Below are positions 6,628 through 9,342 of a stretch of 9,342 bases of DNA, in pieces. Both the position numbers and the translations under genes were made by a program. This DNA comes from Histomonas meleagridis 2922-C6/04-290x (Eukaryota > Protista > Parabasalia). The notes beneath the pieces are model-generated. The model did not search any database and was not told the origin of the DNA. It saw only the letters and a program-made list of their open reading frames with translations. The stretch spans positions 1 to 9,342 of the forward strand of contig JAANOX010000090.1 in NCBI GenBank assembly GCA_020184695.1, written 5' to 3'. Each line of letters starts with the position of its first letter. The first letter of the stretch is position 1.

Positions 6628-6910
6628 AAAAAAATAATATTTTTTGTTTTTATTTATTCTCATCCTATGTTGAGATGCTAACACTTCTACCGGACACCCT
6701 ATATTTATCTTCTTTTTCTTTTCTTCTAATAACAGAAGTTGATTCAAAGTTGTTATCGAGATTCCTAATTGTACCATAAGGGGAATTGACTATTGTTATT
6801 AATGTACCAAATGTCCGGTTTTAGAGTTCCAATTGTTATGTAATTTCTATCGATTACTTTTGTGTTTCTATTAAATATGATATTATTACCTTTATGATTA
6901 TTTTTTTGGT

Positions 6911-7285
6911 ACTATTTTACATTTCACGACTTTTTGATATAAAGTCATTCAAAAAGTGGAAAGTCTCACAATTATTCACGACAATTTGTGTAATATTGAA
7001 AAAATTGACATATAACAGAAATTTAGATAAAATATTTTCATTCAATAAGTATTTGAATGATATATTATTCGTCAAAAATTATTCGAATGAAATTAGGAAA
7101 TGCCAATAGCTGGAAATCATATATTCATAATATATTTTAATCACATAAATAATATATTTTCATCATATATATAACATATTTTAATTATATATATAATATA
7201 TTTTAATCACATGAATAATATATTTCAATTACATGAATAACATATTTTCATCACATGAATTACATATTATAATCAAATATATTAT
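6911..7285 (+). repeat. Left arm of a long diverged inverted repeat
   Basis: 6922-7008 matches the reverse complement of 9136-9223 at 79/88 columns. Weaker similarity continues to about 7110/9047 and then into a shared 22-bp minisatellite. Confidence 0.85.
7132..7285 (+). repeat. 22-bp AT-rich minisatellite, about 7 units (consensus ATATTTTAATCACATGAATAAC)
   Basis: Units read in register from 7132. Confidence 0.85.
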
Positions 7286-7501
7286 AATATCTCGTATTTC
7301 ACATTAAAGTGTAATATATAAAGAGTTATTATAGCGAATATTATATTAAAATGAAGAATATATCAATAAAAAAATAATAGATTAGAATAGATAATATAAT
7401 AAAAATATTAATTGTTCATTGAAAAAAATGGGTTTTAAACATTAAAATCAAATTAAAATTGACACTTTATACATATATCAAATTGGAAATTTAAAATTGA
7501 C

Positions 7502-7650
7502 GGTTATGGCTTAACCAATCAGTTAGCCAGTTGTCTTTGGCACAGCTGTGTCAACAACAATAGTACAAAACAAAAGATGGTCGGTGTCATTCATCGATCA
7601 ACAGATCGATCAATGACATCGAACACTAAGCTCTGTAACCAAAGCTTAGT
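7502..7650. repeat. Cluster of four hairpins/palindromes downstream of the Merlin-like transposase
   Basis: GGTTA/TAACC (7502-7516); TTGGCACAG/CTGTGTCAA (7537-7554); a 19-bp imperfect stem (7581-7622); ACTAAGCT/AGCTTAGT (7625-7650). Confidence 0.8.
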
Positions 7651-7674
7651 AGCACTCATCCACATAAAAAAAAA

Positions 7675-8551
7675 TTAATTAATGAGTTTTTGCTCATCGT
7701 AGTTTCCATCTGGACCTAAAGTCGTGCTGCTGATGAGTTTGATTGCTTGAAGTGATGGTTCACGACCACTTGTTTCATACCTTCTTTAAACAAATTCAGC
7801 TAGGTGCGATGGAACTTTGGTTCGAGGTATCCCTTCATATTTTTTGCTTATTCGTTTAAGTTCTCTCCACAATCTTTCGATGTTTTGAGTATGTGTTTTG
7901 GTCTCAGGATCAACAAAATTTTGTGAGTGATTAACATATTTGTGTTTCCAAATTGTGTGTCCCTTTCGATCAATAGCTGAATAAGCCCTCCAACTATCTG
8001 AGATAATTGAGATACCTGGGGCGATGTGATCTTTAATTGCTCGAAACAAAGTTTTCGATTTTCGGCTAACAACTAAAGCGAAGACACTGTTATCTTCAAG
8101 CCATATTCCACACATCATTCAGCAGTCTACCTCTATGGTATTTCCTTCGACACATCAAACTTTGAGACTCATCAATTTCCACAGTTTTTCCCTCACCTCC
8201 GATTAATCTCTCAGGCATACTCAAAACGTAATCGAAACAAGCAGAACGAAATTGTTTATAAAAAAATGTAACCGTTGCAGGGGTTACACCAACTTCGTGA
8301 GCTGCGTCTTTGTTTGAATAGCCATGAGAACAGCAGTATATTAAACTTAAAATTTTACCCATTGGTGAATTTGAACATGAGAAAATGGTTTTATAAAAAA
8401 CTGAACAATTCCTTCCGCATTTTTGGCACATGTGGAATTTTTCAAATTTGCGGTTTCGATTGTTGTAAACATTCATTTGAACATTGCAATCACCACAAAT
8501 TAATCTTCTATAAAGCATTCCCATTTCGACAACTTAAATTTTCGAATACAT
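7675..8551 (-). pseudogene. Merlin/IS1595-family (ISXO2-like) DDE transposase pseudogene
   Basis: Zn ribbon CGDC...CQKC, an HTH-like segment, GGEGKTVEIDES, RRKYHRGR, ISDSWRAY, VNHSQNFVDP, HTQNIERLW. There is a frameshift at about 8105-8118. TAA at 7788-7786 sits in EFV*RR (expected W), and the frame runs on to TAA 7677-7675. An upstream ATG at 8551 is separated from ATG 8524 by a TAA. Element termini were not resolved. Confidence 0.88.
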
Positions 8552-8759
8552 AAAAAATTTTTAATCGTTGGCTGTTGTAACCAACACAATTTAATTGAAA
8601 TAAATTGAATTAAATTCTTAGTATATAACAGTTTCATAGAAATATTACAATTGTAACTCCCGTGGTCATCATTTGATTTCAGAGGATTTAGAGGTTATCA
8701 CCGGACCAATCCTATTGAACAGTGAAGTATTTGTTATATATATGAATAAAATTTGATAT

Positions 8760-8955
8760 TCATATAATTAAAATATGTTATTTATGTGATTAAAATATGT
8801 TATTCATGTCATTAAAATATGTTATTTATGTAATAAAAATATATTATACATATGATTATAATATGTTATGCATTAATTTGTTATATATTAATATGTTATA
8901 CATAAATATGTTATTCATGTGATTGAAATATGTTATACATAAATATGTTATACAC
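8760..8955 (-). repeat. 22-bp minisatellite, inverted relative to 7132-7285, with truncated units
   Basis: Plus strand shows GTTATTCATGTGATTAAAATAT-like units, which is the reverse complement of the left consensus. Confidence 0.8.
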
Positions 8956-9234
8956 AACATTAGACATAAATATGCATAAATAAATATATCATATTGAATG
9001 AATAAATGTAATCAGAGATCACTAAAAATTGATTTCTAATGAGTACTTATTGACATTTCCTGATTTTATTCAAATAATTTTTAAGAAAATATATAAATCA
9101 TTCTAATTCAAATTGAATGGGAATATAATTCCCTTTCAATTTTTTCGATATTACACAAAAAGTCATTAATAATTGTGAGACTTATCCACTTTTTGAATAA
9201 CCTTCTATCAAAAAGTCGTGAAACGTGGAATATT
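8760..9234 (-). repeat. Right arm of the long diverged inverted repeat
   Basis: Reverse-complement similarity to 6911-7285. Confidence 0.85.
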
Positions 9235-9342
9235 ATATTCAATTGCTTTTGGGAATTGGTAATTCTTTAATTTCTCCAATTATTTTTATTTTTTATAATT
9301 GAATATTTACTTCATATTTTTTGATATCAAATTTCGGGAATT

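Larger units (their letters stand above)
5415..6701 (+). mobile_element. Full-length Tc1/mariner (mariner, DD34D) transposon, 1287 bp
   Basis: 29-bp imperfect TIRs (5415-5443 versus 6673-6701, 22/29 identical), flanking TA at 5413-5414 and 6702-6703, and a transposase gene inside. Confidence 0.9.

Noticed and set aside
6824-6850. Weak inverted similarity to 8636-8659
   Set aside because: Short, gapped, AT-rich and out of register with the main arms, so it may be chance.
6586-7109. ORFs 6586-6777 (-) and 6894-7109 (+)
   Set aside because: They cross the mariner end or lie in the inverted-repeat arm, and the matching arm has an indel. They are likely spurious.
1875-8536. Alternative genetic code (TAA as sense), suggested by repeated in-frame TAA (1875, 3398, 4606, 4819, 7786, 8534)
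   Set aside because: TAA also ends genes properly (304, 6625), in-frame TGA and frameshifts occur too, and the 7786 TAA replaces an expected Trp rather than Gln. Ordinary pseudogenisation explains the pattern.
7848-8553. ORFs 7848-8072 (-) and 8275-8553 (+)
   Set aside because: Alternative-frame or antisense overlaps of the Merlin-like transposase.
7132-8955. CRISPR-like array
   Set aside because: The repeats are contiguous degenerate tandem units without unique spacers, and there are no cas genes.

Overview
Strongly AT-rich, intron-free eukaryotic-looking DNA made almost entirely of stacked, partly decayed mobile elements. A protist host such as a parabasalid/trichomonad is an inference only. 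(1) 1-2635: a compact virus-like gene block with three leftward genes (basic-tailed, acidic, and amphipathic-helix proteins). It is transcribed divergently from a retroviral-type (rve) integrase pseudogene whose third catalytic residue is D rather than E (reconstructed D,D35D), which suggests a Polinton/Maverick-like or PLV-like endogenous element. Its genes carry frame-preserving GC-rich double hairpins. (2) 2636-4141: a 1.5-kb TG...CA cassette with 66-bp perfect plus 76-bp diverged terminal inverted repeats around a decayed gene. (3) 4324-4384: a long GC hairpin followed by (TG)8, then a minus-strand pseudogene. (4) 5415-6701: a full-length 1287-bp DD34D mariner with TA target duplication and one premature stop. 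(5) about 6911-9234: long diverged inverted repeats with 22-bp minisatellites enclosing a Merlin/IS1595(ISXO2)-like transposase pseudogene and a cluster of hairpins. All frameshift reconstructions were done by hand from the sequence; no database searches were run.
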